Part shown: positions 38,925 through 50,966 of the stretch, piece by piece
How the letters are laid out: each line of letters begins with the position of its first letter
Numbering within the stretch: position 1 is the stretch's first letter
Assembly (NCBI GenBank): GCA_038087875.1
Contig: CM075989.1
Coordinates: 18,912,001-18,972,000, forward strand
DNA from: Malacoraja senta
Lineage: Eukaryota
DNA length: 60,000 nt
Direction of reading: 5' to 3'
Notes under the pieces: model-generated
What the model was told of the DNA's origin: nothing
Seen by the model: the letters and a program-made list of their open reading frames with translations, nothing else
Database searches by the model: none
Position numbers and translations under genes: made by a program

Positions 38925-39590
38925 ATAGAACAGTACAGCACAGGAACAAGCCCTTCTGCCCACGATGTCAGTGCTGAACAAGAAGCCAAATTAAACTCAC
39001 CCCTTCTGCGTGCATGTGATCCATATCTCTCCATATCCATGTGTCAATCTAAAAGCCTCCTAAACGCCATTCTCTTATCCAACAACACTAATGGCAGCGG
39101 GTTCCAGGCACCCACCAGCCTCTGTAAAACCCTTGCCCTACACATCTCCTTTTAACTTTATCCCTCTCATCTTTAATCTATGTTCTCTGGTCTTTGACAT
39201 TTCCACCTTGAGAAAATGGTTTTGCCTACACTATCTATACCTCTAATACATTTCATATACAACCTTTGACTCTCCTGAGAAAACAATGCTAGTTTGTTCA
39301 ACCTCTCCTTATAGCTAATAGCCTCTAATGCAAGCAGCATTCTGATAAACCTATTCTGAACTCCCTTCAAAGCTGCCACATACTTCCTATAATGGGTGAC
39401 CAGAACTGCACACAATACTCCAAATAAGGCTGCAACAAGACTTCCTAACCTTTATACTCAAAGCCTCCACTGATGAAGGCAAGCATACAATGTGCATACC
39501 AACTCCATCTAGTCGTGTTGCCACTTTCTGAGAGCTATGGACTTGGACCCCAAGATACCTCTGTACATCAATACTGTTATGTAGGGCCCA
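38925..39590 (-). mobile_element. Degenerate CR1 LINE 3' fragment
   Basis: YRKYVAALKGVQNRFIRMLLALEAISYKERLNKLALFS, plus a CR1-type 3' UTR. Confidence 0.78.
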
Positions 39591-40753
39591 TTTCCATGCT
39601 GTACCTCGAAAACATCTGTCCGAATACCCTCATCACAACATGCCCCCCACCCCCCCCCCCAACTATTCTCATGTTATTGGTAATTGTGGACACATTAGAC
39701 TTTTACCTTCCTCGTATATATATTGCAAATAATTGAGGTCATGATCTGATTCTTGGGAAACTCTTATCTATATAGCTTGCAGCTAGAAATATTGAGTGTC
39801 TAGTTTTAATCTTTCTTCTCATGAAAAAGACTAACCATTACCTCAGAATTAATAATCAAATGTATGCAATGTGATTTGTTTATTTGCAAATATTAACTTA
39901 ATTTATGAGAGAGAAATGTGGAGCAGATATCACGAGAAGTTGGCAATTTCAAGGCTTGCTTTAAACCAGAACATCAAGCACACCACATTATTTGTATCCG
40001 ATGAGCATATCAAAGGGTCTCTGCTGAATTTGAAAGGCTTTGAGCAGTTTTGGCATCAATCTAACATTTGTCACATGCAAATGCTGCAATCATCTGGAAT
40101 TGTTCTGACCTTCGCCCTGCTATTAGAAGCTCTCGAGCTTCCTCCCAGGCAACAGAAAGCCTCAATGTCAGACCAGCTGCCAGCAGTTTCTGTGGCAGGA
40201 AAGATTATAACCGTGCAAAACCTACAATGTGGTGCTGTCACAGAGAGGTGGATAAATGGAAGGTGATGTACAATTAATGTTCTGTCAAAAGGAAACTGAA
40301 GGCTTCTGTTTTTTGTCATTCTATACTTCACCTGCACAGTTCACACTGCTGATAGCGACAAGTTTCCATCCTTTCATCTTCGGGAGCTGGCAGTCTAGTA
40401 GATTATAACGCTGAAAGCTGCAGGAGTCATGCATAAAAACAGCGTGTTGGAACCCCAGTCAATAGCTAAGCATGGATGAGGAATGCCTGGTTAACCTACT
40501 GCTGTCAATCCATACGCAGAGAACCCCACATTGCGGAGGGATGCGTGGGGATGCATGCCCAGAGAACGAGCTACATCGTGATTTACCGTAACGCAATGCT
40601 GCATAATCTGCGCAGACCCCAAGAAACGCATTTAGTTTAGTTTAGGAAGGAACTGCAGATGCTGGTTTACACCGAAGATAGACACAAACTGCTGGAGTAA
40701 CTCAGCGGGTCAGGCAACGCTCCTTCTCTCCAGAGATGCTGCCTGTCCTGCTT

Positions 40754-41049
40754 TAGTTTAGTTTAGAGATACACGTGGAAAAAGGCCCTTCGTCCCACCA
40801 AGTCCACACCGACCAACGATCCCCGCACATTAACACTACCCGACACACAAGTGGGACAATTCTAACAATTTACCTACAAACTGGTACGTCTTTGCAGTGT
40901 GGGAGAAAACCGAAGATCTCGGGGAAAGCCCATGCAGGTCATGGGAGAGAACTTACAAACTCTGTGCAGACAAGAATCCGTAGTCAGGATCAAACCTGGG
41001 TCTCTGGCGTTGTAAAGCAGTAGCTCTCCTGCTACGCCATCGTGCCGCC
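40754..41049 (-). mobile_element. HE1/V-SINE-type element
   Basis: Reverse complement of the same SINE consensus. Confidence 0.82.
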
Positions 41050-41738
41050 GATCAATAGACTCGATCTCGACAAATGAAGCTTCATTTGGGTAAGTGTGTT
41101 GCAGGTGGGGATGCAGAGTTAGGTCAACTGGTCATCACCACACTGAATGATGGGTCTGGCTTGAAAGGCAAAATGTCCCATATTTTCAAATCCTCACTGC
41201 TGACTTACTCTGTACTCCAGTGTAAACATGCTAATTTAACCAAATATTTGAAAATATCAACCAGTCGCAATGATTATCGGAAAGGTCAACTTATAATATC
41301 CATATTAAATGGCTTTAAAATAATTTCAGCTTTATCCACCAAAAACAAGGTTTAGTGTTAAATGCATTACTTACAATCAGTGCATTTTTCGCAGAAATAA
41401 TCTAATGGCTGATCTAATTTTCCCTCTCAACCCTGTTCTCTTGCCTTCTCCATGTAACCTTTGACACTTAATCCAGAACCTATCAATCTCAGCTTTAAAA
41501 ATACCCAATTTGGCCTCCACTGCTGTCTGTGGCAATAAATTCAACAAATTCACCACCTTTAAGCAAAAACAAATCCCTCCTCATCTCTATTCTAAGGAAA
41601 CATCCTTTTATTGTGAGGCAGTGCCTCTGGGTCTAGACTCTCCCACCGCTGGATAGATCCTCTCCACATCCACTCTAGTTGTGCCTCTCTCTAGTGTAGT
41701 GCATATATATATTGTGCATTTAAATAAAATACAATTAC

Positions 41739-42076
41739 CCGTGATCGTCCTCCTGTATTGTTTTAGCAGCCGCTTGCGTTGATAGTTTAATCTGCAAGTC
41801 CAGTCTCTGTAAGTAGTCTTTTGCAGACAGTTCCTCAGGCTGCGTGGGCCTGGTGTCTGGATCTTCTGTATTTGGAGATGGAGAGTCTTCTTCGTTATTC
41901 AGAGGCCTTCCGTCACTGAATGCATACGTTTCTGTGGATTCATTCTCAGGAGAGTCCAACGAGTTCAGTCCGTTAAAAAGTGACCCCTTCTCCGATATCA
42001 CTGGGATAAGGAGGGTTTTCCTCAAGAATATGCAATCACTTGTGAAGAGTTTATTTGCCCTTTTAATTTGGTCCGT
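41739..42076 (-). CDS. LYSMD2: LYSMD2 coding exon 2
   Basis: ttttgttttag acceptor. Encodes TDQIKRANKLFTSDCIFLRKTLLIPVISEKGSLFNGLNSLDSPENE...ELSAKDYLQRLDLQIKLSTQAAAKTIQEDDH. GG|gtaatt donor, 338 nt, phase 0/2. Confidence 0.95.
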
Positions 42077-42237
42077 CTAAAACAAAATCAGGATAAATGT
42101 TAACAACATCTTAGCTGCAGATTTGTTTTGTTTTACAATATTATATTTCCCATATTGTGATGTCTGCAAAATAAATTTTAACCTGTAATAATGGTGGAAT
42201 TTTGGTATAAATTGTACTCTGGTGTAAACTCAGCTGT

Positions 42238-42541
42238 TTTAGTTTAGTTTAATTTAGAGATATGGTGTGGAAACAGGCCCTTCGGCCCACGCTGACCCAA
42301 CGATCCCCGCACATTAGTCCTATGTTATCCCACTTTCGCATCCCACACACTAGGGGCAATTTACAGAAGCCAATTAACCTACAAACCTGCACGTCTTTGG
42401 AAACCGTAGCACCCGGAGAAAACCCACGTGGTCACAGGGAGAACGTACAAACTCCGTACAGACAGCACCCGATGTCAGGATCGAACCTGGGTCTCAGGTG
42501 CAGTGAGGCAGCAACTCTATCATTGAGCCACTATGCCGCCC
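42238..42541 (-). mobile_element. HE1/V-SINE-type element
   Basis: Reverse complement of the same SINE consensus. Confidence 0.8.
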
Positions 42542-43661
42542 CACAATATTCTACTAAGTTGGTTGAAGTACCAATACTCCAGGGAAAACTAAACAATGAA
42601 GATTTATTAAGACGCTGGAGTTTTACCTTGGGACCAAGCCTCTAATGCAGATTGATGGGATGAAACCATTACTTAGCTATAAAGCATCTTAATGAACTGC
42701 ACTTGAGGAGTATCTTAATGGCTACTGTCTCACTGTCTCATGGACAACTGATGTGGGACATGGGGAATAAAAGCCCCACTGCCCAGCAGTGGGTGCCCTT
42801 TATAGGGGCATTTCTGGAGCTGGGGGTGTCATATCCACAGCCAGTGAGTTCAAAATTATACCAGCAGTTTATTCCAGTTGCAGCTTACCAGTTTACCTAC
42901 AATAAGTGAACAATCCTCTGATCAAATGTTCATACATGCAGAGCTCTGGGCTGGTATCTGTTAGGCTCTACATTGTTATAGCACCTTTGTTCTCCATCTG
43001 AGTGCTTATAGAGCCAGACTACTTATGCTTTAAGAAAGGTGTCTCCTCAGGGCTGCGTGGCGCTGTACTGGGAGGCTGACGCGAGTGCCAGAGGAGGGAG
43101 TTGAGGCAGGTACTGTCACAACCCTCAAGCGACAGGTACATGCATAGGAAAGGTTTAGAGGGATATGGGCCAAACGCAGGCAGGTGGTACTTGTGTAGAT
43201 GGAGCACGTCGGTCGGCGTGGACGAGTTAGGCCAAAGGGTCTGTTTGCACGCAGTATGACTATGACTCCTGCTTTCCCCGCTCCTGTACCCGGGAGCCGG
43301 TGAATCCCTGTGCTGGTACTGGTCTCCGCAGAGCTTGGTGAGGAGAGGTTGGTCACCAGCATAATCAAGGACCAGTCTCACAATGTCTCGCCACAGTCTC
43401 TCTCAGCGCCTCCTGTAATGGACGCTGCTGTCTCCTCTTCTCCCCTCTTCCATAAGCAAGAGGTACAGAAGTGTGAAAGCGCATACCTCCATATTTAGGG
43501 ACAGTTTCTTCCCGGCTGTTAGCCCCAGGCAACTGATCCATCCATCCTACCAACAACTAGAAAGTGGTTCTGAGCTACAATCTAGCTCACTGGAGACGAT
43601 CGGCCTATCTTTAATCGGACTTTACTGGTCTTTATCTTGCACTAAACATTATTCCCTTTAT

Positions 43662-43832
43662 TTATTTAAGAAGGAACTGCAGATGCTGGAAAATCCCAGA
43701 TACACAAAAATGCTGGAGAAACTCAGCGGGTGCGGCAGCATCTATGGGGCGAAGGAAATAGGCAAAGTTTCGGCCCGAAGCGTTGCCTATTTCCTTCGCT
43801 CCATAGATGCTGCTGCACCCGCTGAATTTCTC
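43662..43832. mobile_element. Palindromic Penelope terminal-repeat insertion nested in a Rex1/Babar remnant
   Basis: 15-bp TSD cattattccctttat at 43647-43661 and 43833-43847, with long internal inverted arms. Confidence 0.8.
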
Positions 43833-44646
43833 CATTATTCCCTTTATCATGTATCTGTACACTGTGGACAGCTCGACTGTAATCCTGTATAGTCCTTCCG
43901 CCGACTGGTTAGCATGCAACAAAAAAGCTTTTCACTGTACCTCGGTACACGTGGCAATAAACTAAACTGGTGTTGGCCGCCTGGGGCGAGGAGTGCAGTC
44001 AGTCAGCAGTGAGGTAGGTGCGAGGCTCGGAGATGTACCACAAATGCCAGCGCAGTACACATGACCAGCCCTGGGGACTTGGTAGCACCTGCCCCGTTTG
44101 TTGACAACCCGCCTGCACGCCACAGTCCCTCGTGGCGCCTGCTGTACACTCGAATGGAAGCTGCTACCTCCTGCTGTCCTTGGAGGTGGGCAAACACCAA
44201 CATGCTGGTTGACCCGCGTCCCGTGAGCACGAGGCCAGAGAGAGGGTCTGCGCAGTCTGTCGACACCTGAACCAGTCACCGGCCCCGCAGCTCAGCAGCT
44301 GAGCAAAACGCACAGCCCTCCCCCAGCCTTGCCCAACACCCACTCACACCAGCTGTCTCCCCACACCAGCAACGTGCAGATCAATGTTGGATGCATGCCA
44401 GCTGCCTGGCGCAGCAATGCAGTCAGTCATGCATGAGGCCACCACATGGCTTTTGGGCAATGATTCCATCAGCAGTCTTGCTCTTGGGATTGTGTTCTGA
44501 ATGTTAAACAAGCTCTCGATGCAGCAGATACATAGAGTGTTCATCATAGACTCACGGCACAGAAACAGGCCCTTTGGCCCTCCATCTCCATGCTGACCCA
44601 ATCGCCATGCTGGGAATGCTGCCATTATACCATGCTGCCATTATAG

Positions 44647-45062
44647 GAATAAATAGGTCTTTATTCTTTGGAGCGCAGAAGGTTAAGGGGAGACTTGATA
44701 GAGGTCTTTAAATTTATGAGAGGGATAGACAGAGTTGACGAGGATAAGCTTTTTCCATTGAGAGTAGGGAAGATTCAAACAAGAGGACATAATTTGAGAA
44801 TTAAGGGACAAAAGTTTAGGGGTAACATGAGGGGGAACTTCTTTACTCAGAGTGGTAGCTGTGTGGAATGAGCTTCCAGTGGAAGAGGTGGAGGCAGGTT
44901 CGATTTTATCATTTAAAAATAAATTGGATAGGTATATGGATGAGAAAGGAAAGGAGGGTTATGGTCTGAGTGCGGGTAGATAGGATTAGGTGAGAGTAAG
45001 CGTTCGGCACGAACTAGAAGGGCCGAGATGGCCTGTTTCCATGCTGTAATTGCTATATGGTT
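44647..45062 (+). mobile_element. CR1 LINE 3' fragment
   Basis: ERRRLRGDLIEVFKFMRGIDRV...TRGHNLRIKG...NFFTQ, plus 3' UTR. Confidence 0.88.
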
Positions 45063-46544
45063 ATCCCCAATTTCCTGCATTCGGCCCCTACCCCTCTTAA
45101 CCATTCCTATCCATGTAACTGTCCAAATGTCTTTGAAAGCTGTAATTGATATGGACTACCCTCCAAGTGAAAACATTGCCCCCGAGATCCATCTTAAATC
45201 TCTCCCCTCTCACAAGACTATGCCCCTTAGTTTTTGAATCCTCTGCCCTGGGTAAGAGACTGTGAGTGTTCACTTTATCCATGTCCCTCAAGAAGGTCCC
45301 CCCTCAGCCTCCTGTTAGGCTCGCGATTCCAGCATCTGCAGTTCCTTGTATCTCCACAATGAGATTACTACCTTAAAGGTGCACACCAAATATAATCTTG
45401 AAGGAGGCATTCAACATAATCAGTGTGTGTGCACGTCCCTGTCTCCCTCCCCCTCTCTCCGTCTCCCCCTCCCTCCATCTGTGTGTAGAGGAGGATTCTA
45501 GGAATTAAATTGTAACTGAGGGGCAAGATGAACATATCTATGATAAAGGAATCAGTGGTGGATTCTTCAATAACGGGTTTACAGGCCTTCATTCTTCATC
45601 TGAAGAAGGATCCCGGCCCGAGACGTCAACCATCCCTGACCCGCTGAGTTCCTTCAGCACTTTGCGTCCTTCATCTTTCTTCCTCGTTATGCATTTCACG
45701 ATTCAAAATATCCCTGCATCCAATCAAGTCCCAAATAACCGAGCAAAACCTCAAGAAGCCTCAGGACACTTAACACAAATCTAACTCTCTCACATACTTT
45801 TCTTTCCCTCAAAAGCAAAAAGCCAGCGATGAATTCAATTAATATTTTATAACTGGCAAACAATGCACAAGTGATATTGTATGTGACAGCAGAATATAAT
45901 AACCGCACTGGCGGGCAGCCCATTCCCACTCGCGCCTTGTGTCCATGTGGGCAGCCCAGATCATTAATCACATCCTGTGGCTGCAACTCAATTGGATATT
46001 TTCAGCAGAGAGAGGAAAGTGAAAGCAATTTTTAAGCTTCAAAAACATCTGGTAAGTCAGGGAGGATTTCTGCAAGGGCAGTTTGAGGAATGAAATGGTG
46101 GTAGCGAGAAACATTGGTGCATTTTAACGAAAGATTATATTAATACAGCCGTCGGAACCACAGCAAACCCTTAACATGCTCCATCTCACAAATTCACAGT
46201 ATTCCTCACCATGGACATAGCTTAAGAGTCACGGAGCTATGGAGGCATAGAGCTGTACAGCACAGAAACAGGCCATTCGGCCCATCCCATGTGACCAAGT
46301 TGGCATATTGGGCTAGTCCTATTTGCCTGCATTTGCTCCAGATCACTGCTAATCCTTCAATCCTTATATCTGTCCAAATGTCTTTTAAAAATTCCAAATG
46401 TCCTTTCGAAATTCAACAGGATAATGTAACATAGCAAAAAAAAAAGACTCCTGGAGTGTATAAACTACACTTTGAAATTGGAGGCACTTTACCATCCCTC
46501 AGTTAATAGGCACGGTGATGCAGTTATAGAATTGCTCCTATGAA

Positions 46545-46862
46545 AGGGCGGCGCAGTGGCACAGCAGTAGAGTTGCTGCCTTACAGCGCCAGTGACCCAG
46601 GTTCGATCCTGACTATGGGTGCTGTCTGCACGGAGTTTGCACGTTTTCCCCCATGACCTGCGTGGATTTTCTCTGGGAGTTCCCGTTTCCTCACACACTC
46701 CAAAGACGTATAGGTTTGTAGGCCAATTGGTTTGGTGAAAAAAAATAGTAAATTGTCCCCTGTGTGTGTAGGATAGTATTAGTATGCAGGGATCGCTGGT
46801 CGCTGTGGACTCGGTGGGCCGAAGGGCCCGTTTCCAGGCTGTATCTCTAAACTAAACTAAAA
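46545..46862 (+). mobile_element. HE1/V-SINE-type element, full length
   Basis: Same head, core and (ctaaa)n tail as the other copies. Confidence 0.88.
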
Positions 46863-47394
46863 GGTGCTGGCTACTTCTGCTTCTGCTGGTCCTTTTACAG
46901 GCTGTATAAATGTGCTTTGTGAAACAGGAACCACTGCTGAGCACCTGCACAATTGGGCTTAAACCAGCATCTGCAGTTCCTTCCTACACTGAAAAAAGGG
47001 TGGCCAGTCAACCAGGACTCTGCCCCAATCTGACCCCCAATTTATGTACTGTTGCTGAACATTAACTTGTCTTGCCATGTCCAGCTGATTTCTTTCTTTT
47101 CTGAATGGATTTCAATAAAAGCCTTCAGATGACAAGTTGTCAAGGGTAATCCAGTACTTAAAAACGCCATCTTCCCACAGTTGTGAATGATATATGGCGT
47201 TAGTTAATGGATACAAGTTTCAAACACTAATTAGATTGTTGGACGAGCATAAGAATATCACATTCATAGTCCTTAAACCATGACCTCATTAGAAAGTTCA
47301 TAAAAACCCATAGCTATTTAAGATCTTACAGAGGTGCATAAAATCATGAGGAGAATTGATAGGTTTAAGATGAGGGGAAAGATTTAACCTGACA

Positions 47395-47820
47395 TCCTAA
47401 CTTGCCCATGCCAATAAAGATGCCCAATCTAAGCCAGTCCCATTTGCCCGCAGTGAGCCCATATCCCTCTAAACCTTTCCCATCCATGTCCCCATCCAAA
47501 TGTTTTTTAAATTTTGTTATTGTACCTGCCTGAACTCCGTCCTCTGGCAGCTCGTTCCATATAACCACCACACTCTTTCCCCTCTCATCTTAAACCTATG
47601 CCCTCTGGTTCTTAATTCCCCTATTTGGGTAAAAGATTCTGTGCATTCACCTTATCTATTCTCCTCATGATTTCATACGCCTCTATAAGATCACCCCTCA
47701 GCCTCCTGCACTCAAGGAATAATGTCCCAGCTTGCCCAACCTCTCCCTATAGCTCAGGCCCTCTAGTCCTGGTAACATCCCCGTAAATGTTCTCTGCATT
47801 CTTTCCAGCTTTATGGCATC
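47395..47820 (-). mobile_element. CR1 LINE 3' fragment
   Basis: Reverse complement of the same CR1 3' consensus seen elsewhere (agatcacccctcagcctcctgcactc, WNELPE). Confidence 0.82.
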
Positions 47821-49559
47821 ATCTTGTAAAAGACCAGTTTACTACAGCACAATGAGGCAACTATTCTGCCCATTGGTTCCATGCTAGACTGAGTAAAGCA
47901 ATCCCATTCCCTTTCTCCTTACTTCCCTGCAGCCCTGCAAATTATTTGCTCTTATATGCGTATCAACTCTATTTTTTGCCACTTTCCCACAAAAAACAGT
48001 CATTTACAGTAGACTTCCATTTATGGAAGAGAAGCAACCACCCAGAAGAAGCCCATGCACTCACAGAGAGAACGTGCAAACTCCACACAGGCAGCACCCA
48101 ATGTCAGGATCAAACCCAGGTCTCTGGAGCTGTGAGGCAGCAACACTCACTGCTCTGCCACAAGCCCACCATTTGTACTTCAAAAATGCAAACGTACAAG
48201 CTGCAAATATATATTCAACAAGATTTCAAACAATCCCATCAGTTTTATTCAAGAATCTGCCGCCATCAGCAAATTTGATGTTGAGCAGCCATGCAGGTCC
48301 ACTGGGACCAAGTTCAAGTTCTTGGTTTGTACTTTGAAAGGTTATACGAATTGTAGAATCATACAACAACCTTGATGTACTGCCTCTCTGAAAGATATAA
48401 ACCAATTCCTGGTAGGAAAACCACACCCAAGCACAAGATCAGAGTCGGTGACCATCTTTCCAAGGCTGAAAAGTCCACTGTTATTTATGCCAGGTTCCCA
48501 TGGAGACTGGCCGATGAGTTTGCCTGCTGCACCATTCTCCGGCATTAGTCGGTGTCTTCTGCGAGCGAAGCAGTAACTGGCTGTGGATGAAGAGGAAGGA
48601 CTCCAACTGGGCTGCAAAATGACCAGCAAGAGGGGTAAAACGGAGGGGAGCGCACTGTTGCTGTTGAGCCCTCTGGAGGTGTTGTGGGCCTATCAACGAA
48701 GCACCAAGGAAGGAGGGTGCCCACCGGATGACCCCAATGATGTTTTTACCCCTACCCCCACTCAAGATAGTAAGAAGGTGCCAATTATAGGTGGGATTGT
48801 AATATCAACTCCTATAAGCCCAACTAAATATACAAGGTAGTCCACATAAAACAGCACAGCAGAGGAACGGGACCTTCAGCCCACAATGTTTGTGCCCAGC
48901 ATGATGCCTAGTTAAACCAATCTCATCTGCCTGTACATGCGATGACTGGAGGCCCGCAAAAGCCTGGGGCTTGCCTGGAACGGAGACCGCTCATAACAAC
49001 AAGCACCTGAGGTCAGGATCGAACCCGGGTCTCTGGTGCTATGAGGCAGGAGCTCTACCAGCTGCGCAATAAAACTATATTCAGTAAAGCTTTGATAAGA
49101 CACAAAAAGCTGGAGTAACTCAACGGGTCAGACAGTATCTCTGGAGAAAAGGAATAAGTGACATTTCGGGTCAAAACCCTGCTTCAGCTTTAATCTCCAA
49201 TTACTTCATTTTGTAAAAAGAACAAATGACTGGATAAAAATGTAAATCAAATGAATAAAATTGTCAACTAAATGTCTTCCAGCAACATTGATGACATTCA
49301 AAATGTCCCCTGGGCATTGTTCTTGACAGAGTTCGCCAGGAGATTTAAAATATTTTTACATATTCATTACATTTCCATGATTTTCAAATGGCAATTGTTT
49401 CCAGAATCTTCTATGAGAATTTTACAAATCATCACAGTGCAATAAAATCCACAAAGGTTGTACACTTAAATTGCTAAATTCCACAACAATTTCCACCATT
49501 CACTGAAGATGCAAAATCAGAACAGGATCAGCTGTCAAATCCATACTAATATACAAGGG

Positions 49560-50368
49560 TAGTTTGAGATTAAGGAGGTGTTGAGGCTCTTCAAGAACAT
49601 TTTAAGGTGGATAAATCCCCGGGACCTGATAGGATCTATCCCATGTTATTGAGAGGCAAGAGAGGAGATTGCAAGAGCCTTAATGAAGATCTTTGTGTCT
49701 TCTCTAGACACAGGCATAGTCCTGGAGGACTGGAGAGTAGGTAATGTCGTTCCTTTCTTTAAGAAGGGTAGGAGAGATAATCCAGGGAATTATAGGCCGG
49801 TGAGCCTCACGTCAGTGGTAGGAAAACTATTGGAGAGGAATCTTCAGGATCAAGATTGCTGGGGTCGCGAACTGAGAGGGAGGCTGTCAAAAATATACAG
49901 CGGGATATATGCCAACTACAGAAATGAGCGGAAAAATGGCAGATGGAGTTTAATTCATGCAAGTGTGAGGTGTTGCAATTTGGGAGGTCAAATGCAAGGG
50001 GAAAATATACAATTAATGGTAGGACCCTAAAGAGCATTGATGTACTCAGGAATCTTGTGGTCCAAGTTCATAACTCCCTGAAAGTGGCAAAATAAGTAGA
50101 TGGTGTGGTATAGAAGGCATATGGTATGCTTACTTTCATAGGTCGCAAACATCAGGAAGTCGTGATACAGCATAATAGGACTTTGTTTAGGCTTTGTTTG
50201 GAGTATTGTGTGTAGTACTGGTCGCTCCATACAAGATTGGAGAGGCTTTGAAAAGGTGCAGAGGGCGTTTTCCAGAATTATGCCTGGATTAGGGAGGTAT
50301 TAGCTACAGGGAGAGTTTGGACAGACTTGACTTGTTTTTTCAGGAATGCCAGTGGTTATGGGGAGACA
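49560..50368 (+). mobile_element. Internally deleted, degenerate CR1 ORF2 fragment
   Basis: KSPGPD...EDWRVGNVVPFFKKGRRDNPGNYRPVSLTSVVGKLLE, joined to post-RT CR1 sequence. Confidence 0.85.
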
Positions 50369-50812
50369 TCGTCAGTCTGAAGAAGGGTCTCGACCTGAAA
50401 TGTCACCCATTGCTTTTCTCCAGAGATGCTGCCTGACCCAGCGAGTTACTCCAGCTTTTCGTTTCTATCTTCGGTTTAAACCTGCATCTGCAGTTCCTAT
50501 CTGTTCCACATTTCATTAGAGAGTGACTGTGATCCTTCCCTTTCGGTTTCACAGAATTGAAAATGTAAAACTAGATAAATGGTCAATTGCAAATGGTTTT
50601 AAAATCCTGAATGGTCTTTATGCAATATCAATCAATAATTTCAGATCCCAGGAGGAATCGAGGCAAATTCCAAGATGTATGATGCTGCAGACTGCGTTGA
50701 CCTATATCGATCCAAGTCCAAAAGCTGTACTAAGCTCCATCTACACTACCTTGAATGCAAGAAGTCTGCAGCAAAGCTCACATAAACGGAGGCTTAATTA
50801 ATCATGTAGTCA

Positions 50813-50966
50813 CAGTGCCCTCCATAATGTTTGGGACAAAGACCCATCATTTATTTATTTGCCTCTGTACTCCACAATTTGAGATTTGTAATAGAAAAAA
50901 AATCATATGTGGTTAAAGTGCACATTGTCAGATTTTAATAAAGGCCATTTATGTACATTTTGGTTT
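50813..50966. mobile_element. Single terminus of a Tc1/mariner DNA transposon
   Basis: Begins cagtgccctccataatgtttgggaca, a Tc1-type CAGTG end. No partner end found in the window. Confidence 0.6.
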
